A DNA stretch of 64,000 bases from the human T2T-CHM13v2.0 reference genome, Homo sapiens. This document shows positions 1 to 16,304 of the stretch, one piece after another. The notes beneath the pieces are model-generated. The model had not been told where the DNA came from and searched no databases. It saw nothing but the letters and a program-made list of their open reading frames with translations. The stretch lies in the NCBI RefSeq assembly GCF_009914755.1, contig NC_060935.1; one strand, 5' to 3'. Numbering within the stretch: position 1 is the first letter of the stretch; the number at the start of each line of letters is the position of its first letter. The position numbers were made by a program, and so were the translations under genes.

Positions 1-160
1 GTAGCTGGGACTACAGATGCATGCCACCACACCAGCCTAATTTTTGTATTTTTTGTAGAGACGGGGTTTTTCCATGTTGCCCAGTACGTCTCAAACTCCT
101 GAGTTCAAACAATCCACCCACCTCAGGCTCCCAAATTCCTGGGAGCCATGGTGCCCGGCC
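1..160 (-). mobile_element. Alu (AluJ/S-like), cut by window start
   Basis: Antisense Alu motifs gtagctgggactacag...ctaatttttgtattttt-gtagagacgggg...cccggcc. Confidence 0.9.
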
Positions 161-174
161 AAGACAAGTGAAAA

Positions 175-258
175 CCAAGGAAGAAAGAAAGGAAGAAAGC
201 AGGAAGGGAAGAAAAGAATGAAAAAGAAGGAAGGAAGAAGTAGAGAAAAGAAAAGAGC
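175..258. repeat. GA-rich low-complexity tract
   Basis: Degenerate GAAA/GGAA run. Confidence 0.7.
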
Positions 259-992
259 AGCAAGCTAGTAGCAGAGAGGGAGCCCCGGTTGGTCAGGGGT
301 GGAGGTTGCAGGCCTGCTCATGGTGGTGTGTATGTCTCCAGTATTGTGTCTCACCCTCTGCTGCTGCCAGGTGTCTCCATAGAACAACATAAGGCTAGGA
401 ATTTAGTCTCTCATTGTAGGAAAAACAAGGATGTCATGCTATACACCGGGTGTGTAATGATAAAGAAATGCAAATGTTTAGAGCAACAAAACGGAAACAT
501 GGTTAAGTACATGTTCTAAATATAAACGACACAATGCCGTAATACAAGTAAAAGAAAGGGAAGGAAAACATAACAATCTGGTGAGGTACAAAAGGGTCTT
601 GTTGTCCCTTAGCTGTGATAAAGTTCTCTCTCCAACCATTTCCTTTTTGTCTTCTTCCTAGCTACATGGTCCAGCCTAGTCTGTCTCAATTTATCCTCAG
701 CTATTAAATGATGTTAAGTGTCTCATTAACACTTCTTGCCACCAGGAGCAATTGTGTCCTAAGCGATTTTCTTAACTTCTCTGGGCCCAATTCATTCTTT
801 TCTATTTCTTTGGAGAACTAGTATCTGAAAAACCTTTCCTCTCTTCCTTTCAGTATGTTTTCCTTTCCTGTTTATCTCCACAAAGTATATGTTTATACTA
901 CAAGTAGGCAATCATATCATTTTTCCTCTGTATTTCTAAGTCTTACTCAGGCCAGCTTCTCTTATTTCAGAGTCAAGTTCAGTATGCTGTGT

Positions 993-1956
<964 letters not shown>

Positions 1957-3270
1957 GTGTCATAGGCTAAACACATGCCACTATTTGGAGTAGCACAGTG
2001 TAAGTCATGTGTCCCATCTCTTCATGTACAGTTGTCCTCTATTCCACTCTCGCCAGCCTTTACCGAGTGTCATCCATGCGGCATTTGACACCACCTTCCT
2101 CCCATTCTACAGAGGCATGCCCAGTGTCCACAGCCTTTGCAGTTTCCCGTGGCTAAGAAACAAGGCATTATATGGTTTGAGTGGTGCTATTTTACCTGGC
2201 AAATGCTCACTGACATTTATTGAAATTGATGCCTTAGTTTTACAAGCCAAAGTGGTCATACAGTCACACTTGCTTAATTAATGCTTCCTAATAAAGAAGC
2301 AAAATCTGTTTGTGCCTGAAATTGTGCTTGGTGCTCCAGGAATAGTCACCATAACAAACACTAGGACCTTGTGATACAAAACCAGAAAAGGGTGAGTATT
2401 AGATGTGGTTATTAGATGGGGGCCAGGCCACCTCAGATATGGTGGCTTAAACAAGATGGAATTCTGTTCCCTTCTCACCTGACAGTTCAGATTATACAAG
2501 AGAAAGAGGCAGTGCATAAATAGAAGGAGCTACAGAATTACTATTCCTATTTATAGCAAGATTGAACCAGATAAATCATAAGTTTCTTGTGTAATGAGTC
2601 CAGCAATACTTCCCAAAGGCAAGTCAATTTGCAGAGGTTGGTGAAACCTGGATCAGAGGTGAGAACGGGACAAATAAGAGGAAGAATTTTGTTTAGCATT
2701 TTAGACTATTTCATCTGCCAATCACTGTTTGCCATTTTTATGTATATGTTTAACAGCTTTATTGAGGTATAACTGATATATAATAAAGAACAAATATTTA
2801 AAGTGTGCAATTTGATAAGTTTTGACATTTCGTGCACATTTGTGCAATCATCACAATGATCATAGTGAACGTATCCATCAATCCAAAAGTTTCCTCATTT
2901 CTTTTTGTAATCTGTTCCTCCTGTCAGCCTCCTTTCCTCCTCCTTCTATCCCCTCCCCCAGCTTCAGGAAATCACTGATCTCCCTTCTGTCACCATAGAT
3001 TCATTTGCATTTTCTAGAATTTCATATATTTGGAATCACACAATATGTACTCACTTTTGTCTGGCTTCCTTCACTCAGTATAATTATTTAGAGATTGATC
3101 CATGTTGTTGCATGTATTAGTAGTTCATTTTTATTGCTGAAAAGTATTCCACAGTATGCATATATCATGTGTTTATGCATTCAATGATTGGTGTACATTT
3201 AGGTTGTTTCCAGTTTTTCATTAGTTAAAATAAAGCTCCTATGAGCATTCATAAACCAGTCTTTGCATGG

Positions 3271-3640
3271 TGTCTTAGTCCTTTCAAGCTGCTGTAACAA
3301 AACATTATTAACAGAGCAGCTTGTAAACAACAGAAGTTGTTCTCACAGTTCCAAAGTTCAAGAAGTCCAAGATCAAGACACCAGCCAATTCACTTACGGT
3401 GAGGACCCACTTTCTGGTTTATGGATGGCACTTTCTAGCTATGTCTTTACATGGTGGAAGGGGACGAACAAGTTCGCCTGGGCCTTTTTTATAAGAGCAC
3501 TAATCCCATTCATGAGAGCTCTGCCCTCATGACCTACCTAATTACCTCCCAAAAGACCCTACCTTCTAATACCATCACCTTGAGAGTTAGAATTCCTTTC
3601 AACATGAATTTTGGAGGGACACAAATATTCAGACCATAGC
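3271..3640 (-). mobile_element. MaLR LTR (MLT1A/B-like)
   Basis: tgtcttagtc...gaagtccaagatcaag...ctaatcccattcatgag...cagaccatagc. Confidence 0.85.
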
Positions 3641-4124
3641 CTAAGGTCATATGGTTTTACTTCTTTTGAGTTACTACCTAGGAGTGGAATAGCTGAATCA
3701 TATCGTAGGTGTATATTTAGCTTTTAAGAAATTCCCTGTTTTCCAAAATGGTTGTACCATTTTTCATTCCCACCAGCAGTATATGACAGTTTAATTTCTT
3801 CCGTATCATTTCCAACTTTGGAATTTTCATCACAGCAATTCTAATTCTGATAGTGTTATCTCACTGTGGTTTTAATTTGCATTTCCCTGATGACTGATAA
3901 TATTCAGCACCTCTTTGTCTGCTTACTTTCCAACCATGTGTCTTTTTTGGTGAAGTGCCTGTTCAAATATTTTCATTGCTTTTCTTTTCTCCATTGACTT
4001 GCTGTATCATCTTTATCAAAAATCAGTTATCTTTGTCAGTATGGATGCATTTCTGAACTCTGTTTTATTTCACTGGCCTATTTTTCAGTATTTATGCTAA
4101 TACGATACTGTTGATTACTAAAGC

Positions 4125-4430
4125 TTTTTGTTGTTGTTGTTGTTGTTTGAAATGGAGTCTCATTATGTCACCTAGTCTGCAGTGCAGTGGCACAATCATA
4201 GCTCTCTGCAGCCTTTACCTCTTGGGCTTAAGCAATCCTCCTGCCTCAGCCTCCTAAGTAGTTGGGACTACAGGCACATACCACTACACCCAGCTAATTT
4301 AAAATTGTTTTCTAGAGATGAGGTTTTCTTATGTTTCCCAGGAGTTTCTTGAACTCCTGGGTTCAAGCAATCCTCCTGTCTCACCCTCCCAAAGTGCTGG
4401 GACTACAAGCGTGAGCCACCTCAATCAGCC
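4125..4430 (-). mobile_element. AluJ with (TTG)n tail
   Basis: Antisense Alu with J-type diagnostics (aagcaatcctcctgcctcagcctcc). Confidence 0.9.
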
Positions 4431-5739
4431 TTTAAACCAAGTCTTCAAATCAGATAGTGGTAGGCCTCCAACATTTTCTTTTTCAAAATTGTTTTGACTA
4501 TTCTGTATCTTTTGCACTTCCATATAGATTTTTAAATTAGCTTGCCAATTTCTACTAAAAAATTTCCTGGTTTTGGATTGAAATTGTATTGAATTTATAC
4601 ATTAATATGGAGAAAGTGACATTTTAACAATATTGAGTCTCATGACTGATTAGTTTAGTATATGTCTCTATTTATATAGGTCTTTAATTTCTTTCACTGC
4701 AATTTTGTAGCCTTCAACGTACAGATCTTGGATATCCCTTGTCAAATTTACCTCTAAGTATTTAAATTTTTAATGACCCTTTTGAATGACATTTTAAACA
4801 TTTCAATTTCACGTTGCTCATTACTAGTGTATAGAAATACAACTGATTTTTGCATAGAATTTCTTGTCTTGTAACAATGCTACTCTTGTTTGTTCTAGTA
4901 GTTTTTATTGATTTCATCAGATATTCTATATGGCAATCAAGTAATCTGCAAATGACAGTTTTACTTCTTCCTTTCCAGCATGAATGCCTTTTATTTCTTC
5001 TTCTTGCGTTATTGTATTAGCTAGATTCTCCAGTACAATGTTGAATAGAACTCATGTGAATGGAGATTCTTGTCTTGTTCCTGATTTCACAGGGAAAGCT
5101 TTCAGTCTTTTATCTTTAGATATGCTGATAGCTGTAGGTTTTCTATACATGCTCTTTATCAGTTTGAGAAAGTTCTCTTAATTTGCTGAGAGGTTTATAA
5201 AAATTAGGAACAGATGTTACAGTTTGTCAAATGCTTTCGTCTTTATTAAGATAATCATATGTTTTTCTTATTTTAGTTTGTTAATATGATGAAGTACATT
5301 GGTTGATTATTTTTAATGTTAAACTAGCCTTGTATTCCTGGGATAGATTACATGGCCCTGATGTATACTTTTTATAGATTTTTGAATTCAATTTACTAAC
5401 AGTATGTTTTTTAGAATTTTTGCATATCTATTTATGGAAAATAATGGTCTGTAGTTTTAGTTTTTCATAATGTCTTTTTCCAGTTTTGTTTTTAAGGTAA
5501 TGCTGACCTTATAGAATGAATTGGGAATTATTCCTTCCTCTTCAATTTTCTTGAAAGAGTTTATATATAGCTGATATGATTTCTTCCTTCACTGTTTGGT
5601 AGCATTTACCAGTGAAGCCAGCTGAGCTTACAAGTGCCTTTGTGGAAGGACTTTTTTCTACAAATTCAATGTGTTTTGGCTCTTGCTCTTAATATCTATT
5701 TGGTGAGATCAGAACAATGTTTACTGTCTGGCCCCATCA

Positions 5740-6600
5740 CTGACACAAGATACTCATGCGTACCCAATTCAATGCCTCATGAATTATTGGGTTAATCAAG
5801 TTTTCCATTCTGTCTGGTAGGAACAGGCAAGCATCCCTGGCCCCGTGTGAGTGCTGGGCACTGTTCCTTCCAATCTTCTGGGAAGGTTCTTTGCCCGGCC
5901 TTTGGGAAGTTTTATTGCACACATGCCCTGATCAGTCCTCTGCTGGATGCTCAAGGGAACCCTCTGCAGATCTCAGGAGTTCTCTGTGCAGATTTCTCCT
6001 CCCCTGGTATTCTATTCTGAGCACTCTAATGTTCTTGATCTTCCAGGGCTTTCAGTTGCTCAACTCTGGGAGTCCTCTAGCCTCCACCTGATTACCTCTC
6101 CCTGCACCACTCCTGGAAATGCTCTCCAGGAAGTCAGCTGGGATGAATGCTGTGCTCCTCTCGTTTTCCATCTCTCAGGAGTAATTATATTTCATTGCCT
6201 GGTATCAGTGTCTTGAAAACCACTGCTTCTAGTGTTTTTGTTTTCAGATTGGGTATCCCTTTGTCCACTGCTTATAGCAGCCTCAGCCTCCCAGGTTCAG
6301 GTCATCTTCCCAGCTCAGCCTCCTGAGTAGCTGGAACTACAGGCACGTGCCACCACACCCGGCTAATTTTTGTATTTTTAGTAGAGATGAGGTTTTGCCA
6401 TGTCACTCAGGCTGGTTTCAAGCTCCTGGACTCCAGCTATCTGCCCGTCCCACCCTCCTGAAGTGCTGGGATTACAGACGTAAGCCCGCGCCCAGTGCTT
6501 CCAGTGTTTTGTCTCTCTTGTTGTTCCTAATCTTGTTGTTGTTTCCAGTGGGAAGGTAATCAGGTCCCTTTTACTCCCTCTTGGTCAGAAACAGAAGTCC
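5740..6600 (-). mobile_element. Probable 5'-end segment of an old L1M
   Basis: Resembles recalled L1M 5' UTR text (gctcaagggaaccctctgcagatctc); continuous with the L1M at 2745-5700; interrupted by an Alu. Confidence 0.45.
6235..6495 (-). mobile_element. Degenerate Alu with internal deletion
   Basis: Antisense Alu; TSD tgcttc(t/c)agtgtttt on both sides. Confidence 0.85.
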
Positions 6601-7439
6601 ACCCTTTGTTCTTGAATATATAAGAAATTGTGCATAAATCCTCCTTGAGAGACAACTGTTTCTCTTGGTCACCTCCATAATGTCAGAGAGAACATTCAAA
6701 GAGAGGGGTGAAGATAGCGCTTCTAAAAAATGCATAGCTGTGAGAGCTGGAATAAAATGTGCAAGGGTCATGAGGAGGTGCTTGTAACAAAAGCAGGAGA
6801 CCCCATAGCCTTGCAGGCTTACTGTGGTAGAGGGAGCAATGCCTCAGGAAGGCCAAGTCAGAGAAATATTGACTTTCTGGATGGTCCTCTGGGTGTTGTA
6901 GGAACTTGACAACAAGCTGTTTCATGCCTGTGATTCCAAGCTAAATGTGCTACATATTTGCTAAGTGTGGAGGCATTTATGAAGGCCAAGGGGACCCCAC
7001 TTATTTTAAGCGTCCTGTTGTGCTCCATCAGTGGTAATGGGGGTTGAGCAGCCAAATCATCATGCATTACCTCCGCTGGGAAATTCACTCTCCAGGATCT
7101 AAGTGGAAAAGTAACAACAGTTTCAACTTTAGGCGAAACTCACAAGGGTGCAAGTTGGAGATAATTGGAAATTACTTTGGTCTGACTGTGCCCAGATGGT
7201 GGACTTCCTTTGTTGCAAGGTGTCATTCTCACACTGATGTTTATGCTCACTACGTGTGTATTTTTGCTGTAAGCTGCCTTAAGATCCTTTGTGGGAGGGA
7301 ATATAGGCCCACCACCCTACAGGTTCCGGGGTTGCTTCCTCAGAGCAAAGAAACCATGATCCAAAAAAGGAGATGGTCAAAACAGGCTACAGATACTACT
7401 GTTTTGCTTGATACCTCTTTTACAAAGCAATTGAAAAGT

Positions 7440-9322
<1,883 letters not shown>

Positions 9323-9410
9323 AAGAAAATAATGCTTGTAAAGCAACAAACACAATGCTTGGCATAAAGAAAATAATGCTTGTAAAGCAACAAACACAAT
9401 GCTTGGCATA
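9323..9410. repeat. Perfect 44-bp tandem duplication
   Basis: aagaaaataatgcttgtaaagcaacaaacacaatgcttggcata x2 (9323-9366, 9367-9410). Confidence 0.95.
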
Positions 9411-11066
9411 CAGTCAGTATCCAACAAATAATAACACATGCAAATATCATTATAATTACTGTCATTATTATTCTTTTATTCATCTGGTCTCTATCAAAAC
9501 CACTGTGTGATTAAATAATGTTCTCAAAGGTTCCGGACCTGTAAACCATCTCACTACACTTAGATAGGGGACTATTCTGCATCTCTAGTCAGCCATTTTC
9601 CCCCAGACCATAATCAGTAAGAGTGAACTATTTGGCTTGCAAAATGGCAGCCTTCCTGTTGCCTGACGGCCAAAAGGCAACTTTTGGTGAGACTGCTTTC
9701 ATATGAACTCGTAACCATAGAACCAGTTTGTCAGGGAATTCTTCAAGCACATAAATGATTGAACACTTACTTTAATTCAGAAACATGCAGAACTCAAGAT
9801 CTTTGCTAATCTCTACGGAGGGTGAAGGAGGAAGATGAAGTTTAATCCACTGATGAGAGTAAGTACGCTGTTAGGGCTTCATTTTCTGCTTTCTGATAGA
9901 TCCTGTTGATGGAGAGGACCACAGTGACAATCACAGTGGAACACTTGGCTCATCCGGAGTAGCTTTAACACACTTGGTGTGAGCTGCAGGGCCACTAGAG
10001 AAGTGACAGCCACAGACACTGTCTCCCATGATGATTAGCTGGCCTGGAACACCAGCTCTTCCTTATCTATTGTTGGTATGGCACAAGTACAAAATATATA
10101 ATATGTATCTTTGATCTCTAACTTTCCCAATGAGAACAGAGTGACCCAGAAACATTGTGTGAAATATCTAAAGTCTCATACTTGGTTCATGGAGAGGAGG
10201 GACCAGATTCCAACTTCTGGGCTGCAATTGATATTATTACTTTCTTATGATTTCCACAGTTACTGCTTTTGTTATTATTTCTTGCTTTTTCAGATGAGTT
10301 AGTACTCTGCACAGACGGGTTAAATGGTGTGCCATCCAGGGCCACATAGCCAGTTGATGGCTGATCTGAGACAGATCCAGTTCTTCTGATCCTCATTTTG
10401 CCGTTCTTTCCACTACACAATGGCAATACAAAAATCCTCCTTCTGGAGTCTAGCCGTTGAAAGTTATGAAGCATTATCTCTGCCGTTCACATCATCCAGT
10501 GGTGTTTTAAGCTTGTTTGCCATGGCAACCATCAACATATTAAGCCCTTCAAAGCAGGGTTGGAAAGGCAACTGCAGCCCGCTATTGTTCCTGATGATGG
10601 ATGGGAGAGTGTAGAGCCAAGGATCAGTTACTACAGATCCTCTTCCGCTCAAGCGATGTAGATTACGCAGCAGCTGGACCAGAATTCAGTCTTCTCCATG
10701 GAGGTTTCCTATATGGTATGTGCAGCATGGAGGGTTTATGTTAAACACGTAGCAAATAAAAACAGAAATAAAGATGGTAAAAGGTCACTCCTTTGTCCTT
10801 CCCTCCCTCCCTTCCTTATTTCCTTCCTTCCTTTTTCTTTCCTTCCATCCATCTTTCTTTCCTTCATTTATTTCTATGCAAAGGATAGCAGAGTCCTAAA
10901 TTCCATGTTAAGAATATGTCAGTGAAGCAGATAAACTTGGGCCATCATCTCCCAAGCATCTAAGAAAACAGACACTAAACTTGATGGGAAATATAACTAG
11001 ATAGTTTGCTTCTTGTGTCTTTCCTTTTTCATCTTGTTTGCCCTCCCCTAATATATTCAACAAAGA

Positions 11067-11185
11067 AGTGTGCATGTGCGTGTGCATTTCTGTGTGTATC
11101 TGTTTGTGTGTGTGTGCATGTGTGTGTGTGTGCATGAGAAAGAGAGACAGACAAGAGGAGAGAGAAAAAGAAAGGGAAAGAGAGA
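11067..11185. repeat. Imperfect (TG)n followed by (GA)n
   Basis: Direct read. Confidence 0.8.
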
Positions 11186-12494
11186 TTTGTAAAGATATTG
11201 CGTCTATCTGCTAAGAAGGCCTAGAGGCCAATGTAATTTCTTTGAACCGAATAAAGAATTCATGGTCATGTGAAGTTTCAAAATAATTTCCCAGTTTACC
11301 GTTCCTTTTCAGGCAGTGCATCTTTTTAAAAAGAGGTTATTCAGAACAAGTCAGAGGAGGGAGGGACAACACTTTTCAAAAACCAGGGCTGTAATTAGTG
11401 CTAAGCAGACACACGTGCTAGAAGGGAGTGCTCAGGTACCTGGGCCACGGCTTTGTTCTCCTGTCCAGATGCTGAGCCAGCTGCAGGGTGGCCAGGGCGC
11501 CTGCACCCCTCACCTTCTCTGCTTGTCTGATACGTAGCTGGAGGCTTCTCTCTTTGTCTGCCCATCTGGCTCCTGGCACCAGGAAGTAAAATTATTATTA
11601 TTTTTTCCAAATGAAAGGCTTTGAATCACAGCTGTTAATTACCAGATGATTATTAAAAACACATATTGCCTACTGAGGTTTGAGAAGACAACTCAAGCGT
11701 GCTGTCTGGCCCTACTCTCAGGGGCTCTCAGCCTCAAGTCATGTACACATTTCTTTAAAGAACACAATGTGGTTTTATTATACCCGCAGACAAATGCAAA
11801 TAAGAACGGAAGTGAGGAGAGCCCAGAACCCTGTTGAAAGTTAATAAAGACTTTTCCCGCTGCACCTCACACCCCAGAATCTCAAGTAGTTTATCGTAGC
11901 CCACTACAGGTCTTGGATTACCTCCATTTCAAAACCCGCAGCCCCTCCGATGGTGCTAAGGCCTGTGCCCCAGTGATGCCTGAGAAAAGAAAGGAACGAC
12001 AAGGCCCGGCAGAAGGGCACTCATAAATTATAGACCTCAGCTGTCATGCTGGGGTGCTGGATCTCGGGTGAAGGACAGATGGAGGCTGCCTGAGCAGGCA
12101 CAGCCTGGGGTGGGGAGAGCAGCCAGTGAGAGGTGGATTCTTTGCATGTCAGGGGAAATGACTGGAAATTATGGCTGGGCAAGGAAAAGGCAGCAGGCTT
12201 GGAGCTTGGACTGTGTGTTGGAGTCAGGGGAGTGAGGGGCTCCGGATGTTCAGGAGCCATGGGGTAGGTTTACTGTCTGGGAACTCAGGTCCAGGGACAA
12301 CAAGTTCAGGCCTATGATCAAGGAGTATCTTGTTCTTCCTGAATTCTCATCGTGTTGCAAGGCACTGTGGGGAAAAAAGACGTCAAAGATGGGGGATGCC
12401 TGTTCATGGGGTTTACAATCTGTTGGCAATGAAGGCCATGATGGATGCAGTACTTCACCAACAAGGGAGGACAGAAACCTTAGTGCTAAACTTA

Positions 12495-13100
12495 CACATT
12501 CAACAAATATTTATTGGATACTCATCACGGCATGTGTGAAGTACTATATTAATGAACAAAATAGAAAAATATAAAATAAAATCTTTGCTCTTTTTGGGCT
12601 TATATTCTAGCACAGTGAGACAGGCAATATACAATTTGAGGAAGTAAAATAGGCCTGATATAGACAAATAAATTCTATGGAGAGAAGTCAGAGAACAGGA
12701 AGGGTAGCCTTGGTGAGGGTGAGCCTGATTAGAAGTAATATGATCAGAGCAGGCTCCAGAGAAGAAATGACTTGAAGGAGGCGAGGGAATGAGCCATGTC
12801 GACATCTCAGATAGAGGAAGCATCCCAGGCAGAGGAGGCAGCCCCAAAAAGGTGTTGAGTTAGAAGGAAAACTTGCAGGTTCCAGAAACATCAAGGACGT
12901 CACAGTAGCTGGAGGGGAGTAAGAGGAAGGGACAGTGAGGGCCACTGGGTCAGAGAGGAAAACGGGGAAGCAATGCACCTATAGGGCCTTGAAGGCTGTT
13001 ACAAATATTTAGCTCTTCGTTAGGAGTGAGATGGGAACACACTGGATGGTGTTGAGCTGAAGAAGGACAGAATCTGACTCTCATTCTAACAAGATGCCTC
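12495..13100 (-). mobile_element. L2 3' fragment
   Basis: cattcaacaaatatttattg...agaggaagcatcccaggcagagg...gagtgagatgggaacacactgga typical of antisense L2. Confidence 0.7.
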
Positions 13101-13109
13101 TGGTTTGCG

Positions 13110-13298
13110 TGATGGCTCTCAAACTTCAGCGTGAATCAGAACCACCTGGAGAGCTTGTGGAGCGACAGACCACTGAGTGTTGAGGCCTCTCGCTAGATTC
13201 AGTGGGTCTAGGGTAAGGCCTGGGAATGTGCGTTACTAACCAGTCTCTGGGGATGATTCTGCTACCAGTCTTGAGGACCACACTTTAAGATTTGCTCT
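13110..13298. mobile_element. MER5A-like hAT-Charlie MITE
   Basis: ctctcaaacttcagcgtgaatcagaaccacctggagagcttg...gaggaccacacttt. Confidence 0.75.
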
Positions 13299-13999
13299 AA
13301 GAGAAACAATAGGAAGCAAAGAGGGATAAAGCATCCTGGACTCCCTCCCAGAGGAGGTAGATTGGTTTGAGGCCCCAAAGAAAAGGTAGGATTTTGAACA
13401 GGAAAAAATTACATGAGAAAAGCAGACTGGTTGTGTTTCTTCTCTCCCACTCTACCTGCTGCTGGAAAGAATATAAAGAGGTCTATACAACATCTATTTA
13501 CACAGTTATCTGCCTAGAGCTCTCTCTAGCGACCCTATCTTTTTTGTGGCAAGTTCTAGCCTCCCTATGCACCTTTTCAAGGTTTACCTCTTCCTATTAA
13601 GCTTAAAAAAATGGTGGTTGCACAAGTCAGTGTCTGTCCTTGGTTCTCCCTGTGGTCCACTTGCTTCCTCTGTCTCCTGGCCCCTCTCACACTTGGATTG
13701 CTGCCATCCTCTAATGGCATCTAGAGACACCAGCCCTTTACTCTACTGGCAAAATAAGCCCTAACCCATGGCTACTGGAAGTGACAGGCTTTTACTGAAG
13801 GCTTGTTGGTTCTGGAGAGTGATCGCACAGCACAGAACAGAAAATGGCTTAAAATTGGCTACCAACCATCACAGCCCTAAAATCTCCTCAGCCATCCATG
13901 ACTCTAGGAATTTCCTTGTTGGCTCCTCTTCCCAAGCCTCAGTTTCCTGCCTTGTAAATAGGCTCATTACGTTTCCAAGAACCCAGTCACCCCATTGCT

Positions 14000-14279
14000 C
14001 TTTTTTGTTTGTTTTGTTTTTGAGACAGAGTCTTGCTTGGTCATCAAGGCTGGAGTGCAGTGGTGCAATCACAGCTCATTGCAGCCTAAACCTAATGGGC
14101 TCAAGTGATCCTTCTGCCTCAGCCTCATTAGTAGCTGGGAATACAGGTGTGCACCACCATGCATGGCTATTTTTTTCCACAGAGACGGGGCTGGTCGTCA
14201 ACTTCTGGGCTCAAGCACTTCTCCCTCCTTGGCCTCCCAAAGCACTGGGATTACAGGCGCAAGCCACAGCACCCAGCCC
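14000..14279 (-). mobile_element. AluJ
   Basis: Antisense Alu, gcaatcacagctcattgcagcc. Confidence 0.9.
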
Positions 14280-15381
14280 ATGCCATTGCTCTTGAAGCTG
14301 ATTCCCCTGTCAACCAGTCAGGCTGCAGCCCCTAACCCCTCTTACACAGCCAAGTGGAGCAGCTCCTCTCTGTTGCCTCCTAACACTTCTTCCTCCAGTC
14401 CATGCCTTTATGGGATTTGCATTTTCCAACCCCAAACAGCTAACAACCTTTGTGTAAGGAAAAGCAGAGTTCTGTTAGGAAGACAAATTGTGTGGTCCTC
14501 TTGGAGCATCTGGCTTCAAAAGCAACAAGTTTATATAGAAATGCTTTCTTCATCCTTCTAATTACACATATGATGTAGCATAATCAAAAGTATTTTAAAT
14601 ATATCTTAAAAGTGGGGGACAAAAGGAAATGAAAGGAGAAAAATAAGGTGAAGCCAATACACAAAGCAAATACCTTTTCATCCCAACAGCTGCTGGGACA
14701 GCTACAAATTTGGCTTTCCCTGGGTTTTCAATTAAAAGGGAGCCTGCTTGTGAACTTGTGAGAGCCGCTTCCTGCAGCAGGAGGAGTAATGCTGATTAGG
14801 TGAGTTAGAGGGGCCAGCCTACCAATATGCCAGGAAAGGAGTTTAGACTAAGTAAGAAAAAACCCATTTAAGGTTTTTGTTCAAAGGCAGACAGTCTATG
14901 ACAACATCTAAGGACAATCACTCTGGCAACAGTCTTCAAGACAGACTGTGGAATGGAGAATATGGAACCAGGAAAGTCAGTCCCAGGCTGACACTGATGA
15001 GAGAATCCAGAAGAGGTCTGCATTGCTCTCCTTTACCCATTTTTTAGGCTAATCTGCTGTCATACAGCTCATTATGCAAAGCCCAGTTTCCATGCAACCA
15101 CCTCCATTGTCTTTCTGACTACCCAAAATGCAAGAAATCCCTCTGTCTTCTGCATGTTTTAGAACATGATATATAGCATGCGTTAAATCCTTATTGTATA
15201 ATTTTTGTAGGTGTTTATTAGAAAATAAGCTGCATGAGAGCAGGGCCAGCTTGTATACCATGTTGCCTAATGTAGAGTCGAGGTCAGAGTAATAACAACA
15301 ATAATGATAGCAGCAAACACTTACTAAGAACTTACCTGCTCAGCCAGGATCCCTCTTTAGGTGTTCATTAGTATAGTGGAA

Positions 15382-16267
15382 TGTAAAGACGTGAGTGGAA
15401 AAAACCAACAAGCAAGCAACCAATTGCACAGCAGACACCAGCTGGGTGGCATCCAATCCAATTTCATTCTGACCACCATCTACCTGGAGATAGAGTCAGA
15501 TCCTACCTGTTGAGGGCTCTCAGTCCCACAAGACTGTTTCCCCACTTCTAATGCCCGTGGCAAGCCTATGCATCTGACCAACCTGCTACAAATCAGGAAT
15601 TCCATGACCTTGTCCTTGGGTTTGATTGTTTTGCTACTATGGCTCACAGAACTCAATGAAACATTTACTTGCATTTACCAGTTTATTATAAAGGGTATTG
15701 CAAAGGATACAGGTGAAGCAATGCATAGGATGAGGTACAGGGGAAGAGGCATGGAGATACCATTCCCTCCCTGGGTGATCCACCCTCCAGGAACATATCC
15801 AGAAGCTCTTTGAACCTATCTTTTTGGATTTTTGTGGAGGCTTCATTACATAGGCATGGCTGATTAAAACCCATTTATGCCAGTGTTCCATTATTGGAAC
15901 ACTAAGCATGTGGGGGTTATTTATGTCCTGCTGCTCAAGGTCATCGCCAAGGCCTGATTTTTCAAATTCGAAAAATTGCAACCTCAGGCATAAATGGGTT
16001 AAGCCATTGGCCAATTCGTGATCAACTTAACCTTGAGCCCCTCTGTCCTTCCCAGAGAAAGAGGGGTAGGGCTGAACGTCCCAACTCTTTCATCCTGCCT
16101 TGGTCTTACAGGTGACAAGTCCCTATACTGAAGCTACTTAGGGACTTCCAACCACCAGTCAACTCATTAGTGTACAAAAAGACACCATTTTGGAGATTCT
16201 AAAGACTTTAGGAGTTGTATGTCAGGAAACAGGGTTGAAGACCAAATATCTATTTTACAATATCACA
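15382..16267 (-). mobile_element. MER21-family LTR, interrupted by MER85
   Basis: Ends gaagaccaaatatctattttacaatatcaca (reverse complement of recalled MER21 start); internal accatctacctggagatagagtcagatcc. Confidence 0.75.
15870..15998 (+). mobile_element. MER85 piggyBac-family MITE
   Basis: TIRs cccatttatgcc / ggcataaatggg; TTAA at 15999-16002 (left side TTAAAA); internal palindrome gttccattattggaac. Confidence 0.92.
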
Positions 16268-16304
16268 AATGATATATGGTATAAGATAATGCATCATAGG
16301 GTTG

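Larger units (their letters stand above)
2745..5700 (-). mobile_element. Old L1M (L1MB/L1MC-like) 3' UTR and ORF2 remnant
   Basis: Antisense L1M 3' end (tttattgaggtataa...) and degenerate ORF2 text (tttaatttgcatttccctgatgact, ttgaatagaa...cttgtcttgttcctgat); interrupted by MLT1 and Alu. Confidence 0.85.

Noticed and set aside
13768-14561. 175-aa and 132-aa ORFs
   Set aside because: They run through an antisense Alu ([14 protein letters not shown]); no other coding signal.
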